Shown one piece after another: positions 49,088 through 63,267 of a stretch of DNA of 64,000 nt. The notes under the pieces were generated by a model. It did not search any database and had not been told where the DNA came from. It saw nothing but the letters and a program-made list of their open reading frames with translations. The stretch lies in the NCBI RefSeq assembly GCF_009914755.1, contig NC_060947.1; one strand, 5' to 3'. The DNA comes from the human T2T-CHM13v2.0 reference genome, Homo sapiens. Each line of letters opens with the position of its first letter. Position 1 is the first letter of the stretch. A program made the translations under genes and the position numbers.

Positions 49088-49448
49088 TGCTATGGTTTGG
49101 ACATTTTATCGCCTCCAAAACTCATGTGTTGGAAATTTAATCCCCAATTGAACAGTGTTGGGAGATAGAGACTTTTGGGAGGATGAGAGCTCCATGCTCA
49201 TGAATGAGTTAATGCTGCTATAAAAAGGACTTGCTGGAATTCCTTCCTTCTCTCTTGCTCTTCCACCATGTTAGGATACAATGTACCTCCTATTCAGAGG
49301 ATGCAGCAATGAGGCACCATCTTGGAACCAGAGATGGAACCTGCTGGCATCTTGATCTTGGACTTCCCAGGCTCTAGAAAATAAATTTATTTTCCTTAAA
49401 AATTATCCAGTCTCAGGTATTTTGTCATAACACAAAAAGGACTAAACA
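49088..49448 (+). mobile_element. MST-family MaLR LTR nested in MLT1
   Basis: Runs tgctatggtttgga...aaaactcatgtgttg...atccagtctcaggtattttgt...ggactaaaca. Confidence 0.8.
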
Positions 49449-49757
49449 TCCTTCAATGTGACTGCATTTAGAGATGGGGCATTTAAAGTGATAATTAAGG
49501 TAAAACAAGGTCATAAGGGTAAGCCCCTATTCCAATAGGACTGGTGTCTTTAAAATATTCAGTAAAAAAGAGGAAAAGTTACTGGGGATGCATGCACACA
49601 GAAAAAAGGTCATGTGAGGACACAGTGAGAAGGCAGCCATCTGCAAGCCAAGGAAAGAGGCTTCTGGATAAACCAAATCAGCCAACACCTTGACCTTGGA
49701 CTTTTAGCCTCCAAAAATGTGAGGAAAAAAATTTTTTAAGTCACCCAGTCTGTGGTA

Positions 49758-52700
49758 CAGGCATATCTCAGAGATATTGTGGGTTTAGTTCCAGACCACG
49801 GCAAGAAAATGAATATTACAATAAAGCTAGTTACATGAATTTTTTGGTTTCCAAGTGCATATAAAAGTTAAGTTTTCTATGCAGAAGCTCGTTAGTTTAA
49901 TTAGATCCCATTTGTCCATTTTGGCTTTTGTTGCCATTGCTTTTGGTGTTTTTGTCATCAAGTCTTTGCCCATGCCTATGTCCTGAATGATACTGCCTAC
50001 GTTTTCTTCTAGTGTTTTTATGATTTTAGGTCTTACACTTAAGTCTTTAATCCCTCTTGAGTTAATTTTTGTATAAGGTATAAGGAAGGGGTCCAGTTTC
50101 TGTTTTCTGCATATCACTAGCCAGTTTTCACAACACCATTTATTAAATAGGGAATCCTTTCCCCATTGCTTGTTTTTGTCAGGTTTGTCATCAAAGATCA
50201 GATAGTTGTAGACGTGTGGTGTTCCATTGGTCTATATATCTGTTCTGTTCCATTGGTCTATATATCTGTTTTGGTACCAGTACCATGCTGTTTTGGTTAC
50301 TGTAGCCTTGTAGTATAGTTTGAAGTCAGGTAGCATGACGCCTGCAGCAAAAGAAACTATCATCAGAGTGAACAGGCAATCTAGAGAATGGGAGAAAACT
50401 TTTGCAGTCTATCCATCTAACAAAGGGTTAATATCCAGAATCTACAAAGAACTTAAATAAACTTGCAAGAAAAAAAACAAGCAACCCCATCAAAAAGTGG
50501 GTGAAGGATATGAAGAGACACTTCTCAAAAGAAGACATTTATGCAGCCAACAAACATATGAAAAAAAAAAAAGCTCATCATCACTGGTCATTAGAGAAAT
50601 GTAAATCAAAACCACAATGAGATACCATCTCATGCCAGTTAAAATGGCAAACATTAAAAAGTCAGGAAACAACAGATGCTGGAGAGGATGTGGAGAAATA
50701 GGAATGCTTTTACACTGTTGGTGGGAGTATAAATTAGTTCAACCATTGTGGAAGACAGTGTGACAATTCCTCAAGGATCTAGAACCAGAAATAGCATTTG
50801 ACCCAGCAATCCAATTACTAGGTATATACCCAAAGGATTATAAATAATTCTACTATAAAGACACATGCACATGTATGTTTATTGCAGCACTGTTCACAAT
50901 AGCAAAGACTTGGAACCAACCCAAATGCCCATCAATGACAGACTGGATAAAGAAAATGTGGCACATATACACCATGGAATACTATTCAGCCATAAAAAAG
51001 GATGAGTTCATGTCTTTTGCAGGGACATGGATGAAGCTGGAAACCATCATTCTCAGCAAGCTAACAGAAGAACAGAAAACCAAACACCGCATTTTCTCAC
51101 TCACAAGTGGGAGTTGAATAATGAATACACATGGAAACAGGGAGCAGAACATCACACACAGGGGCCTGTCGGGGGTATTGGAGAGGGATAGCATTAGGAG
51201 AAATACCTAATGTAGATGACGGGTTGGTGGGTGCAGCAAACCACCATGGCAGGTGCATACCTATGTAACAAACCTGTACGTTTTGCACATGTATCCCAGA
51301 ACTTAAAGTATAATTTAAAAAACATTTTTAAAGTTATGTTACATTACACTGTAGTCTATTGAGTGTGCAATATCATTATTTTTAAAAATAAATCATATAT
51401 TTTAAAAATAAAAATACTTTATGGCTAAAAAATGCTAACAGTCATCTGAGCATTCGATAACTTGTAATCTTTTAACTGGTGGGAGATCTTGCCTCGATGT
51501 TGATAGCTGCTGATTGACCAGGTGATGGTTCCTGAAGGATGGGGTGGCTGTGGCACTTTCTTAAAGTAAGATAGCAATAATGAAGTGTACCACATCAATT
51601 GACTCTTCCTTTCACAATACATTTCTCTGTAGCATCCAATGCTGTTTGATAACATTTTACCTACAGTAGAACTTTTTTTTCAAAATTGGAGTCAATCCTC
51701 TCAAACCTACTGCTCCTTTATCAACTAAGTTTATGTAATATCCAACTCTTTTGTTGTCCTTTCAACAATGTTCACAGCATCTTCATCAAGAACAGATTCC
51801 ATCTCAAGAAACCACTTTCTTTGCTAATCCATAAGAAGCAACACCTCATCTGTTCAAATTTGATCATGAGATTATAGTAATTCAGTCACATCTTCATTCT
51901 CCACTTCTAGTTCCTTGCTATTTCTACTACATCTGCAGTGAATTCCTCCACTGAAGTCTAGAACCCCTCAAAGTCACCCATGAGGGCTGAAATCAACTTC
52001 TTGCAAACTCCTGTTAATGGTATTTTGACCTTCTCCTATGAAGCAATAGTGTTCCTAATGGCATCCAGAATGGTGAATCCTTTCCAGAATTTTTTCAATT
52101 TACTTTGCCCAGATCCATCAGAGGAAACACTGTCTATGGCAGCTATAACCTTAAGAAATGTAGTTCCTAAATTGGACTTCAAAGTCAAAATCACCACCTT
52201 GATCCATGGGCTGCAGAATGGATGTTGTGTTAGTAGGCATGAATATAACATGAATTTCCTTGTATATCTTCATCTGAGCTCTTGGGTAATCAGGTACCTT
52301 GTCAGTGAGAAGTAACATTTTGAAAGGAATCTTTTTTTTTTTTTTCCTGAGCAGTAGGTGTCAACAGTGGGTTTAAAATATTCAGTAAACTATGCTGTAA
52401 ACAGATGTGCTGTCACCCAGGCCTTGTTGTTTCATTTATAGAGCACAAACAGAGTAGAATGAGTATAATTCTTAAGAGCTCTAGGATTTTGGGAATAGTA
52501 AATGAACCTTGGCTTTAAGTTAAAGTCACCAACTGCATTAGCCCGTAACAAGAGAATCAGCCTGTCCTTTGAAGTTTTGAAGACAGGCATTGACTTCTCT
52601 CTAGCTAAGAAGGTCCTAGATGGCATCTTCTTCCAGTACAAGGCTGTTTTGTCTTCGTTGAAAACCTGTTTTTAGTGTAGCTATGTTCATCAACAGTCAC

Positions 52701-53587
52701 AGCCAGATATAGATAACTTGCTGCAGTTTCTATATCAGCACTTGCTACTTCACTTTGCACTTTTATGATATAGAGACAGCTTTTTTCCTTAAACCTCACG
52801 AACCAATCTCTGATAGTTTATAACTTTTCTTCTACACCTGCCTCACCTCTCTCAGCCTTCACAGAATTGAAGAGAATTGTAGCCTTGCCCTGGATTAGGC
52901 TTTGGCTTAAGGGAATATTGTGGCTAGTTTAATCTTTTATCCAGGCCATCAAACTTTCTCCGTATTGGCAATATGGCTTTTTCACTATCTTATCATTTAT
53001 GCATTCACTAGAGTATCACTCTTAATTTCCTTCAAGAACTTTTGCTTTTTATTCACAACTTGGCTGTTTGGCACAAGAAGCCTAGCTTTTGGCCTACCTC
53101 AGGTTTCAACGTGCTTTCCTCGCTAACTTTAATCATTTTTAGCTTTTGATTTAAAGTGAGAGATGTGCAATTCTTCCTTTCAGTTGAACATTTAGAGAGC
53201 ATAGTAGGCTTATTAATTATCCTAATTTCAATATTCTTGTGTCTTAGGGGATAGGGAGGCCCAAGGAGATAGAGAGAGATGGAGGAACATCTGGTTGGTT
53301 GAGTAATCAGAATACACACATTTATCGATGAAGTTCACTTTCTTTGACAGTTTCAGTCTGTGAAACTCCAAGACAATTACAACAGTGACATAAAAGATCC
53401 CTGATCAGAGATCACCAGAATACATGTTGCAATAAAGTTTGAAATATTGTGAGAACTACCAAAATGTGACACAGGGACACAAAGTGAGTACATGTTGTTG
53501 GAAAAAAATGGTGCCAATAGAATTGCTCGGTGTAGGGGTACCACAAACCTTCAGTGTCTACAAAGTACAATAAAACAAGTATGCCTG
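49758..53587 (-). mobile_element. Near full-length Tigger1 (about 2.37 kb once the L1 insert is removed)
   Basis: Terminal inverted repeats caggcata.../...tatgcctg with TA TSD. Transposase remnant [34 protein letters not shown] at 52432-52641. Confidence 0.93.
49874..51322 (+). mobile_element. L1PA7/8-like 5'-inverted insertion inside Tigger1
   Basis: Minus part about 49874-50345; plus part about 50345-51322 with 3' UTR. TSD approximately taaa(a)gtta(a/t)gtt. Confidence 0.9.
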
Positions 53588-55931
53588 TATTTTGTTATCT
53601 CAGCCCAAACAGACTAAGACAGCTGGGAAGAGTACATGTTGTAGAGTTTGGCCAAGCTGCATTCAGAGCCTGATACTTATTTATACAATGTTGAAGAAGT
53701 CTCTGTACCTTTCTCAGTTTACCCTTCAGTAAAATAAGGATATGGACATCCTCTGGTGTTAGCAGTATGAAGATTAGCAAAATGTTTGTAATCTGACAGT
53801 CATATAGGTCCCCTCAATAACTAATGATGGGTATTTTTAATTAGCAACTTTAATTCAAATACGCTTACATAGATATTTATTTTTATCCAAGTTGAGGTTT
53901 TGTTGGCTTCCAGAGGCTTATTTTCAGTTAAAATTCAGCCTTTAAAGCTCATATAGCTTCCTGTTCTGAAGTTTTTTTATTTTCCTACAAAGCCCATTTC
54001 AAACTGCTCAGTCTCTCTCAGTGTCAGACAGAAAGCTTTCTTAAGTGTTTTATGCACTTCCTAACATCAAAAACAAATCCTTTGGTTAATTCCTTATTTT
54101 AACTGACTCATTTTAGAAGATAGTCCCTCGAAATCAATATCAACATATTCAGGTTAGAGTTATGCTCACTCTGACTGCACTAATATATTTCTCTCACAAG
54201 CCTCATCGGAACTACCATCTTTCTCCAAAGTCCTTATCAGAGTCCTCACCACAGTCTGCTGTACCTCTCACAAAGGCAATGCATTCTAAAACAGAACATT
54301 GTCACAGGGCCAATTTGTCTTCACATCAATGGATAGCATAAAGTGATAGAGACATGTAACAAATGTAACTCAAACATTTACAGTAAAAAATCACAAGAGA
54401 TTGTTTTGTTGCTATTCTCTTTAATCAGAGGTAATTCTTACTTGTTTTAGAAACTCTGCTGGTACAATAGAAACCCATGTACATAAACACAGATCATCAG
54501 AGTTAAAGCCCAAACACAATTTATAGTCGAGGACAAACATGTTTATAAGTTGAGGTTCCACATGTATTGTTGCTGCTCCAGATAATTAATTGCTAAAGTG
54601 GATTTTCCTTGGAGGAAGCCATTTGTGGCCATAAGAAAATAAAAATCAATTTCCAACATCTAGCATATCAGATGGACCTCATTTCAAATCCCAGCTGGGC
54701 CACTTGCTACTTGTGTAAGTTGCAGAGTGTAGGTGCACAATAAATATTAACTTCATTTATTCCCCTGTAATAGGAACTAAGGCTTAGTCGAAATTTTAGA
54801 ATTCTGACACCAAAAACCAAGTCATATATTTTTCCTTGTTATCCTTTGTAAAGTTATGGATGAAACCCTCATTAAAGGATCAGCTGGCTTTCCTTCATGA
54901 TGTAGATATTAGTGTTTATTATTAGTTGTAAAAATTAATCATATCATCAGTACACTCTTCAAAGAGATGGACTTTAAGAAAGAGCACATGGACAACCAAT
55001 TCTTGTACTTCAGTAGCAAGTTATTACACTTAGTCAATGGGTGTAATTGGTGTGCATATTTATAGACCTGAAAGGGTGCTGGCTCTTTCTTTGGATGGTC
55101 ACTAAAGTCATTTATCCTTTGTGGATAAGCAAAGTTGGCAAGAAAACAGTAGGTATAGTAAACAGTTCTGGATGAGCATAAGGTACTAGGTCAGGTTCAG
55201 AAACAGGAGATGGTGACTAACGTGTCAAATGAAGGCCAAAAATAGAAACCAGAGTCATTTATCCAAACCAAGTCAGAGACAGGTGAAATGGGGAGAAGCT
55301 GTCAGCCCTATTGAGTTGGATGATACTAAAAAGTCAAGTACAGACACTTAGAACAGAATCTTAATGCTCCTTGTCACTGATGGCATTTCATAGGTTGGGC
55401 ACTGGTCTAAACATATTTGAATTCTATTAAGTTTGGTGTCTTTCAGTTACTGATGTTACATCTGAGATTACTAGCTATGGACTTTGAATCAAAGAGATGA
55501 GTGGAACATGGTGATTTGCTTTAATCTAAGAACAGACTCCAGCAGCACTCATTCGAAAGGATGCACAGGGGTGTGGCTCTTGGTTAAGCCAGTTCACCAC
55601 AATGAGAGCTACTTTAAATCAAGAATCATACTGTTTTCCAATTTTATATCCTCAAAGCATCCAGCTCTGTGCATATATAAAACTATAGTGACAATTATTA
55701 ATAAATCATGTTGAGCCACATTTCATTCCTAGCTGTTTTTTACTGTACACAGGCTGATTATTGGGATGGAGTAGCATAACATAAGCTCTAATATATGTTT
55801 GGCCTTGGAATAAAATTTACGGAGCCAGGGGGATTCTGATATGAATATTATAAACCTTTCTAATGATTAATCATAATCAATAAATATAACCATCCTTACT
55901 ATCATATGGGATGGACAGTCTTTTGTGGTAG

Positions 55932-56276
<345 letters not shown>

Positions 56277-57269
56277 TGAAATTATTTTTAAATGTAGACT
56301 TTCTGACTCCACTTCTAGGGACTCTGATTTATTATATCTAGGTCAGTGCTCAGGAAGCTCTATTTTCACCAAGCACCTCAGGTTGCTGCAAATGTTCTAT
56401 GGACCACATTTCGGGAAACACTTAGCATATGTACACATAATAAAACAGGGCAGGGAGAGGGAAATATGGAAAGAAGGAAAGAGGGAGGGAGGGGAAGGAA
56501 GGAGGTGAGAGGAGAGAGAGACTGATTCATCCCTTCAAACAAATTCAATGAGCCTTTCTGCTGAATATGGATTTTAAATAGAACCACAAAAAAATATTCT
56601 AACAGTATATTTGGCTTGCCCACTGGCCAAGGGATGACATGCAATATTAAACTAAGGACATTTGACACCAGGTTTGCAGGTCTCATACAAAAGCTGTAAC
56701 ATTCCAACAAACTCTTAGCCTTTGACTCGCTTATAGATTCTAATTCACTGAATACCTGTCAAGACATATATGGGGTCAGAAGAAGACCAGCAAATGAATT
56801 GTGCTGTTCTAGCATCAACATTTCACCTGCAGCTGCATCCAGGAATCTGCTTCAACTTTAGGTTGAATATTAAAGGTCGATTGTGAATTTTTTGAAACTC
56901 AAAATTCTCTCTTCTTTACTAGCCCCTCAACCAATACCTTCTTCTTCATTAGGACATTTAATTGAAAGTCTAATATATAACAAGTTACTGATATACAAAA
57001 CAATTGTAATAATATTTAACACTTAATAAATGTATCCCAACTGCTGTGCTAAGCTCTCTTAATGCATTATCTTGTCTGTACAAGAAACCTCTGAAGTGAG
57101 TACTAAATTATTCCCGTTTTACAGATCAGAAAGCGAAGAAGCAAATTCAGGGCCACACAATGAGGGGTAAAACTTAGATTTGATCACTGGTAAGAGTACA
57201 CATGCTTAACCACTCTCCTTTCAACTATACCAGCACAGATTATGGATTTGTGGTTCTCAAAAAGGTCTT

Positions 57270-57618
57270 CAGGACGGCATCAAGATGGCTGGCTAGAGGT
57301 GCCCAGTGCTCCTCTCCTTTACAAAGAAGAACCAAAACAAAAAAACGCATAGCTATACTTTGAGTAAAGTACCTAAGGAAGAACACTGAAATTTATAAAG
57401 GAAGTAATGAAGACCCTCAGATACCCAAATAAGAAAGAAAACCTTATCACAACAGAAAATGACAAAGCCACAAAGAAAAAATGAGAGAGGAAGAAAGCAT
57501 CAAAGGCTATATAAACGCACTAGAAACCGTATAACAAAACGACAGGAGTAAGTTGCTACCTATTATTAATAATCTTATATGTAAATTAATTAAATTCCTC
57601 AATTAAGAAGTATAGACC
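57270..57618 (+). mobile_element. Old L1M 5' tip fused to an inter-ORF/ORF2-start fragment
   Basis: Starts caagatggctggctagagg; contains aaaacgacaggagtaagt...atgtaaat...aattaagaagtatagac. Confidence 0.6.
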
Positions 57619-57627
57619 TTAGTAGTG

Positions 57628-60042
57628 GAGAGGGAGGCAGAGAAAGATGGCTGAATAGAAGCCTCCACGATTGTGTCCCCCCAGGAACACAAAACTCAAT
57701 ATCTATCCACACAGAAAAGTACCTTCGTAAGAATGAAAAGTTAGATGAGCAATCACAGTACCAGGCTTTAATGTCACATCCCTGAAAGGGGCACTGAAGA
57801 GGATAAGAAAGTCTTGAATTACCAATGCCACTCTTCCCCCAACCCCCATCTGTGGCTGCATGGTGGAGAGAGAGAATCTGCGCACTTGGGAACAGGAGAG
57901 CACAGTGACTGTGGGACTTGGCATTGGAACTAAGTGCTGCCCTGTCACCATGGGAAGCAACACCAGGCAGAACTCATCTGGTACACACAGAGGGGTCATT
58001 TAGACCAGCCATATCCAGAGGGGAACTGCCTGTCACAGTAGTTGAAACCTGGACTCTGCCAAACCTCGCCACCACAGGCTAAAGTGCTCTGTGGTTCTAA
58101 ACAAACTTGAAAGTCAGACCAGGCCACCTGGACTGCAATTTCTAGGCAAGTTCTGGTGCTGTGCTGGGCTCAGAGCTACTGGAGTTGAGGGGCATACAAC
58201 CTAGTGAGATACCAGATGACGTGGCCAAGGTGGGTGCTCATGACACCCCTCTCCCAATTCAAAGCAGCTCAGTTCACAGGTCTGGGGAGACTCCTTCCTT
58301 CGGCTTAAGAAGAAGAGAGGAAAGAGGACTTTGTCTTACAACTTGGATACCACCTGAGCCACAGTAGGATAGGGCACCAGGCAGAGTCCTGTGGCCCCAA
58401 TTCCAGGCCCTAACTCCCAGACAACTCTTCTAGACACACCATGGGCCCAAAAGGAACCCATTGCCTTGAAGGCGAGAACCTCATCCTGGGAGGATTCATC
58501 ACCTGTTGACATGGGCCCTGAATAGTCAGCATTTGTAGCTAGGCACTACTCGCCATGGGCCTTGGGTGAGGCTCAGAGATGTGCTTGCTTCAGGTGGGAC
58601 CTAGCACATTTCCAACAGTGGTGGCTATGGGGAGAGATTCCTTCTGCTTGAGAAAAGGAGAGGAAAGAGTAAAGGGGTCTTTGTCTTACAGCTTAGGTAC
58701 CAGCTTGCCCACAACGAGGTAGAGCACCAAGTGGGCTGTAAGGGTTTCTGATTCCAGGCCCTAGCTCTTGGATGGCATTTACAGGCATGCCCTGAGCTAG
58801 AGGGAAGCCCAGCACTATAAAGGGAGAGCCCCAGGCCTCACAGAATTCACCACAAGCTGAAGACCCCTTGGGGCTTGAGTGAACATTGATGGTAGCCAGG
58901 CAGTACTCTCCATGGGCCAGGGTCAGTGGCCACAGCAAGAGGCTTCTCTGCTTGTGGAAAGGGAAGGGAAGAGTAGGAAGGACTTTGTATTGTGCCTTAG
59001 GTGCCAGCTCAGCTGCAGGACAATACAGCACCAGGTAGATTCCTAAGGTTTCTGACCCCAGGACTTGGCTGATGGATAGCATCTCTGGATCACCCAGGGT
59101 CAGGGGAAAAATCACCACCCTGAAGGGAAGGACACAAGCCTGGCTGGATTCACCACCCTTCTGATTGTAGAGACCTAGGGTCTTAAGTGAACATAGGTGG
59201 TAGGTAGAGTAGTTACCATGGGCCCTGGTTAATCTGTGCTATGCTGGTTTCAGGTGTGACCCAGTCCAGTCCCAGTGGTGGTAGCTACAGGGGTGGTTGT
59301 GTCACCCCTCCTGCAGCTCCAGGCAGCTCAACATAGAGAGAGAAAGACTCCATTTGTTTGGAAGAAAGTAAGGGAAGAGAACAAATGTCACTGCCTGGTA
59401 ATCCAGAAAATTCTTCTGGATCATATCCAAGACCACCAAGGTGCTACGTCTAAAAGTCTGCAAGAGCCACAGTGACACTGGGCTTGAGGTGCCTCCTAAT
59501 GTACATACAGCTGGAGTGAATAAAACTTAGATGGCAACACCCAAGTCCCTTTGAATACCTGGAAAGCCTTCACAAGAAGAATGGGTACAAACAAGCTGAG
59601 ACTGTGAAGACTATAATAAATAAATAACTCTCCAATGTCTAGATACCAAAAATAATCCACAAACATCAAGACTATAAAGGAAAACATGATCTCACCAAAT
59701 GAACTACAAAAGGTACCAGAGAACAATCCCAGACAGATATAGATAAGTGACCTTTCAGGAAGAAAATTAAATTAGCTGTTGTGAGAAAACTTAATAAAAT
59801 TCAAGATAACACAGAGAAAGAATTCAGATTCTATCCAATAAATTTAACAAAGAGATTGAAATAATTAAAAAGAATCAAACAGAAAGCTGGGAGAGGAAAA
59901 ATGCAATTCACATACAGAAGAATGCATCAGAGTCTCTGAGCAGCAAAATTTATAAAGCAAGAGAAAGAATTATCAAGCATGAAGAAAGCCTACTTGTAAA
60001 TACACAGGCGGAAGAGACAAAATAAAAAAGCATAAAAACAAG
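57628..60042 (+). mobile_element. L1MA/L1M2-type 5' UTR (repeated subunits) and ORF1 start
   Basis: Starts ggcagagaaagatggctgaatagaagcctcca. Recurring aggaaagag...ctttgtcttaca blocks. ORF1-like sequence from about 59640. Confidence 0.8.
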
Positions 60043-63000
60043 TGAAGCACCCCCATCCCCGACAGCAGCTGCAGCAAGCCCCGCCCAAGAAGAGTCTGAG
60101 CTCAGACACTGTCTAACCCTGCCCCCACCTGATGGTCCCTTCCTACCCACCCTGGTAGCTCAAGACAAAGGGCACATTCTCTTGGAAGTTCTAGGGTCCC
60201 ACCCACCACCTGATCCTCCCTATACTACCAAAGCTGATGCTGTCTTGAAAGCACCACCTCCTGGTAGGAGGCCAACCAGCACAAAAAAGGTCCATTAAAC
60301 AACCAAAACTAAGGACACTCACAGAGTTCATTTCACTCCCCTGCCACCTCCATCAGAGCACATGCTGGTATCCCTGGCTGAGACTTGAAGACAGTTCACA
60401 TCACAGGACTCTGTGCAGACAACTCCCAGTACCAGCCCAGAGCCTGATAACCATGCTGGGTGGCTAGATCCGGAAGAGAAATAACAACCATTACAGTGCA
60501 GCTCTCAGTAAGCCACATCCCTAGGAAAAAGGAAAGAGTACTACATCAAGGGAACACCCTGTGGCAAAAAAGAATCTGAATAGCAGCCTTGAGCCCCAGA
60601 TCTCCCCTCTAAATAGCCTACCCAAATGAGAAGGAACCAGAAAAACAATTCTGTCAATATGACAAAACAAGGTTCTTTAACGCCCCCAAAAAATCACACT
60701 AGCTCACCAGCAATGGATCCAAACCAAGAAGAAATCCCTGATTTACCTGAAAAAGAATTCAGAAAGTTGATTATCAAGCTAATCAAGGAGGCCCCAGAGA
60801 AAGATGTTCAATTTAAGGAAATCAAAAAAAGATACAAAAAAATGAGGGGAGAAATCTGCAGTGAAATAGATAGCATAAATAAACAATCACAACTTCAGGA
60901 AATAAAGGATACACTTACAGAAATGCAAAATGTTCTGGAAACTCTCAGCAATAGAATCAAACAAGCAGAAGAAAGAACTTCAGAGCTCAAAGACAAGGTT
61001 TTCAAATTAACCCAATCCAACAAAGACAAGGAAAAAAGAATTAAAAAAATAACATAGACTCCAAGAGGTTTGTGATTATGTTAAACAACCAAACCTAAGA
61101 ATAATTGGCCTTCCTGAGGAAGAAGAGAAATCTAAAAGTTTGGAAGACATATTTGGGGGGAAAATCAAGGAAAATATCCCTGGCCTTGCTAGAGACCTAG
61201 ACATCCAAACACAAGAAGCTGAAAGAACAACTGGGAAATTAATTGCAAAAAGATCATTGCCTAGGCACATTTTCATCAGGTTATCTAAAGTCAAGACAAA
61301 GGAAAGAATGTTAAGAGCTGTGAGGCAAATGCACCAGGTAACCTATAAAGGAAAACCTATCAGATTAACAGCAGATTTTTCATCAAAAACCCTACAAGCT
61401 AAAAGGGATTGGTGGATCCTTAAACAAAACAATTATCAGCCAACAATTTTGTATCCAGTGAAACAAAACTTCATAATTGAAGGAAAGACACAGTCTTTTT
61501 CAGAGAAAGGCTGAGAGAATTTGCCACTCCCAAGCCAACACTACAAGAAATGTCACTATTTGCTGATGATATGATTGTTTACCTAGAAAACCCTAAAAAC
61601 TCCTCCAAAAAGCTCCTAAAACTGATAAATGAATTCAGCAAAGTTTCAGGATACAAAATTAATGTACACAAATCAGTGCTCTGCTGTACACCAACAGCGG
61701 CCAAGGTGAGAATCAAATCAAGAACTCAACCTCTTTCCCAATAGCTGCAAAAAAATAAAATAAAATACTTAGGAATATATCTAACCAAGGAGGTGAAAGA
61801 CTGCTGCAAGGAAAACTACAAAACACTGCTGAAAGAAATCATAGATGACACAAACAAATGGAAACACATCCCATGCTCATGGATCAGCAGAATCAATATT
61901 GTGAAAATGACATACTACCAAAAGCAATCTACAAATTCATGGCAACTTCTATCAAAATGCCACCATCATTCTTCACAAAACTAGAAAAAACAATCCTAAA
62001 ATTCATATGGAACCACAAAAGAGCCTGCATAGCCAAAGCAAGACTAAGCAAAAAGAACAAATCTGGCGGCATCACATTACATGATTTCAAACCATACTAT
62101 AAGGTCATTGTCACCAAAACAGCATGTACTGGCATAAAAATAGGCATATAGGCCAATGGAACAGAATCAAGAACCCGGTAATAAGCCCAAATACCTACAG
62201 CAAACTGATCTTCAACAAAGCAAACAAAAACATGAAGTGGGGAAAGGACACTCTATTCAACTAATGGTGCTGGGATAATTGGCAAGCCACATATAGGAGA
62301 ATGAAACTGGATCCTCATTTCTCCTGTTATATAAAAATCAACTCAAGATGGATCAAGGACTTAAATCTAAGACCTGAAACTATAACAATTCTGGAAGATA
62401 ACATTGGAAAAACCCTTCTAGACATTGGCTTAGGCAAAGATTTTATGACCAAGAACCCAAAGCAAATACAACAAAATCAAAGATAAATAGGTGGGACTTA
62501 AACTAAAGAGCTTTGGCAAGGCAAAAGCAACAGTCAGCAGAGTCAACAGACAACCCACGGAGTGGGAGAAAATCTTCACAATCTATACATCTGACAAAGA
62601 ACTAATATCCAGAATCTGCAAGGAACTCAAACAAATTAGCAAGAAATAAACAATTCCATCAAAAAGTGGGCTAAGGACATGAATAGACAATTCTCAAAAG
62701 AAGATATACAAATGGCCCACAAACATCTGAAAAAAGGCTCAACATCACTAATGATCAGGGAAATGCAAATCAAAACCACAATGTGATACCATTTTACTAG
62801 CACAAGAATGGCCATTATTGAAAAATCAAAACATAATAGATGTTGGTGTATAGGCAGTGAAAAAGGAACACTTTTACACTGCTGGTGGGAATGTAAACTA
62901 GTACAACCACTATGGAAAACAGTATGAAGATTCCTTAAAGAACTAAAAGTAGAACTACCATTTGATCCAGCAATCCCATTAATGAGTATCTACCTAGCCA

Positions 63001-63260
63001 AAAATTAGTCATTATATGAAAAAGATACTTGTACATTAATTTTTACAGCAGCACAATTCACAATTGCAAATATGTGAACCCAGCCCAAATCAACCAGTGG
63101 ATAAAGAAACTGTGGTGTAATATATATATGAAGGAATACTGCTCAGCCATAAAAAGGAATGAATTAATGTCTTTTGCAGTAACCTGGATGGGATCAGAGA
63201 CTATTATTCTAAGTGAAGTAACTCAGGAATGGAAAACCAAACGTCGTATGTTCTCACTCA
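60043..63260 (+). mobile_element. L1PB-type element with a large internal deletion
   Basis: ORF1 (MRRNQKNNS...MDPNQEEIPDLPEKEFR at 60626) is joined at about 61550 to ORF2 [14 protein letters not shown]. There is no 3' UTR or tail. Confidence 0.88.
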
Positions 63261-63267
63261 TGCCAAT

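Larger units (their letters stand above)
49035..53621 (+). mobile_element. MLT1A/B LTR split into three pieces (49035-49087, 49449-49757, 53588-53621)
   Basis: Starts tgttatgggct. The motif cccagtctgtggta|ttttgtt...cagactaagaca is interrupted at TA by Tigger1. Confidence 0.8.
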
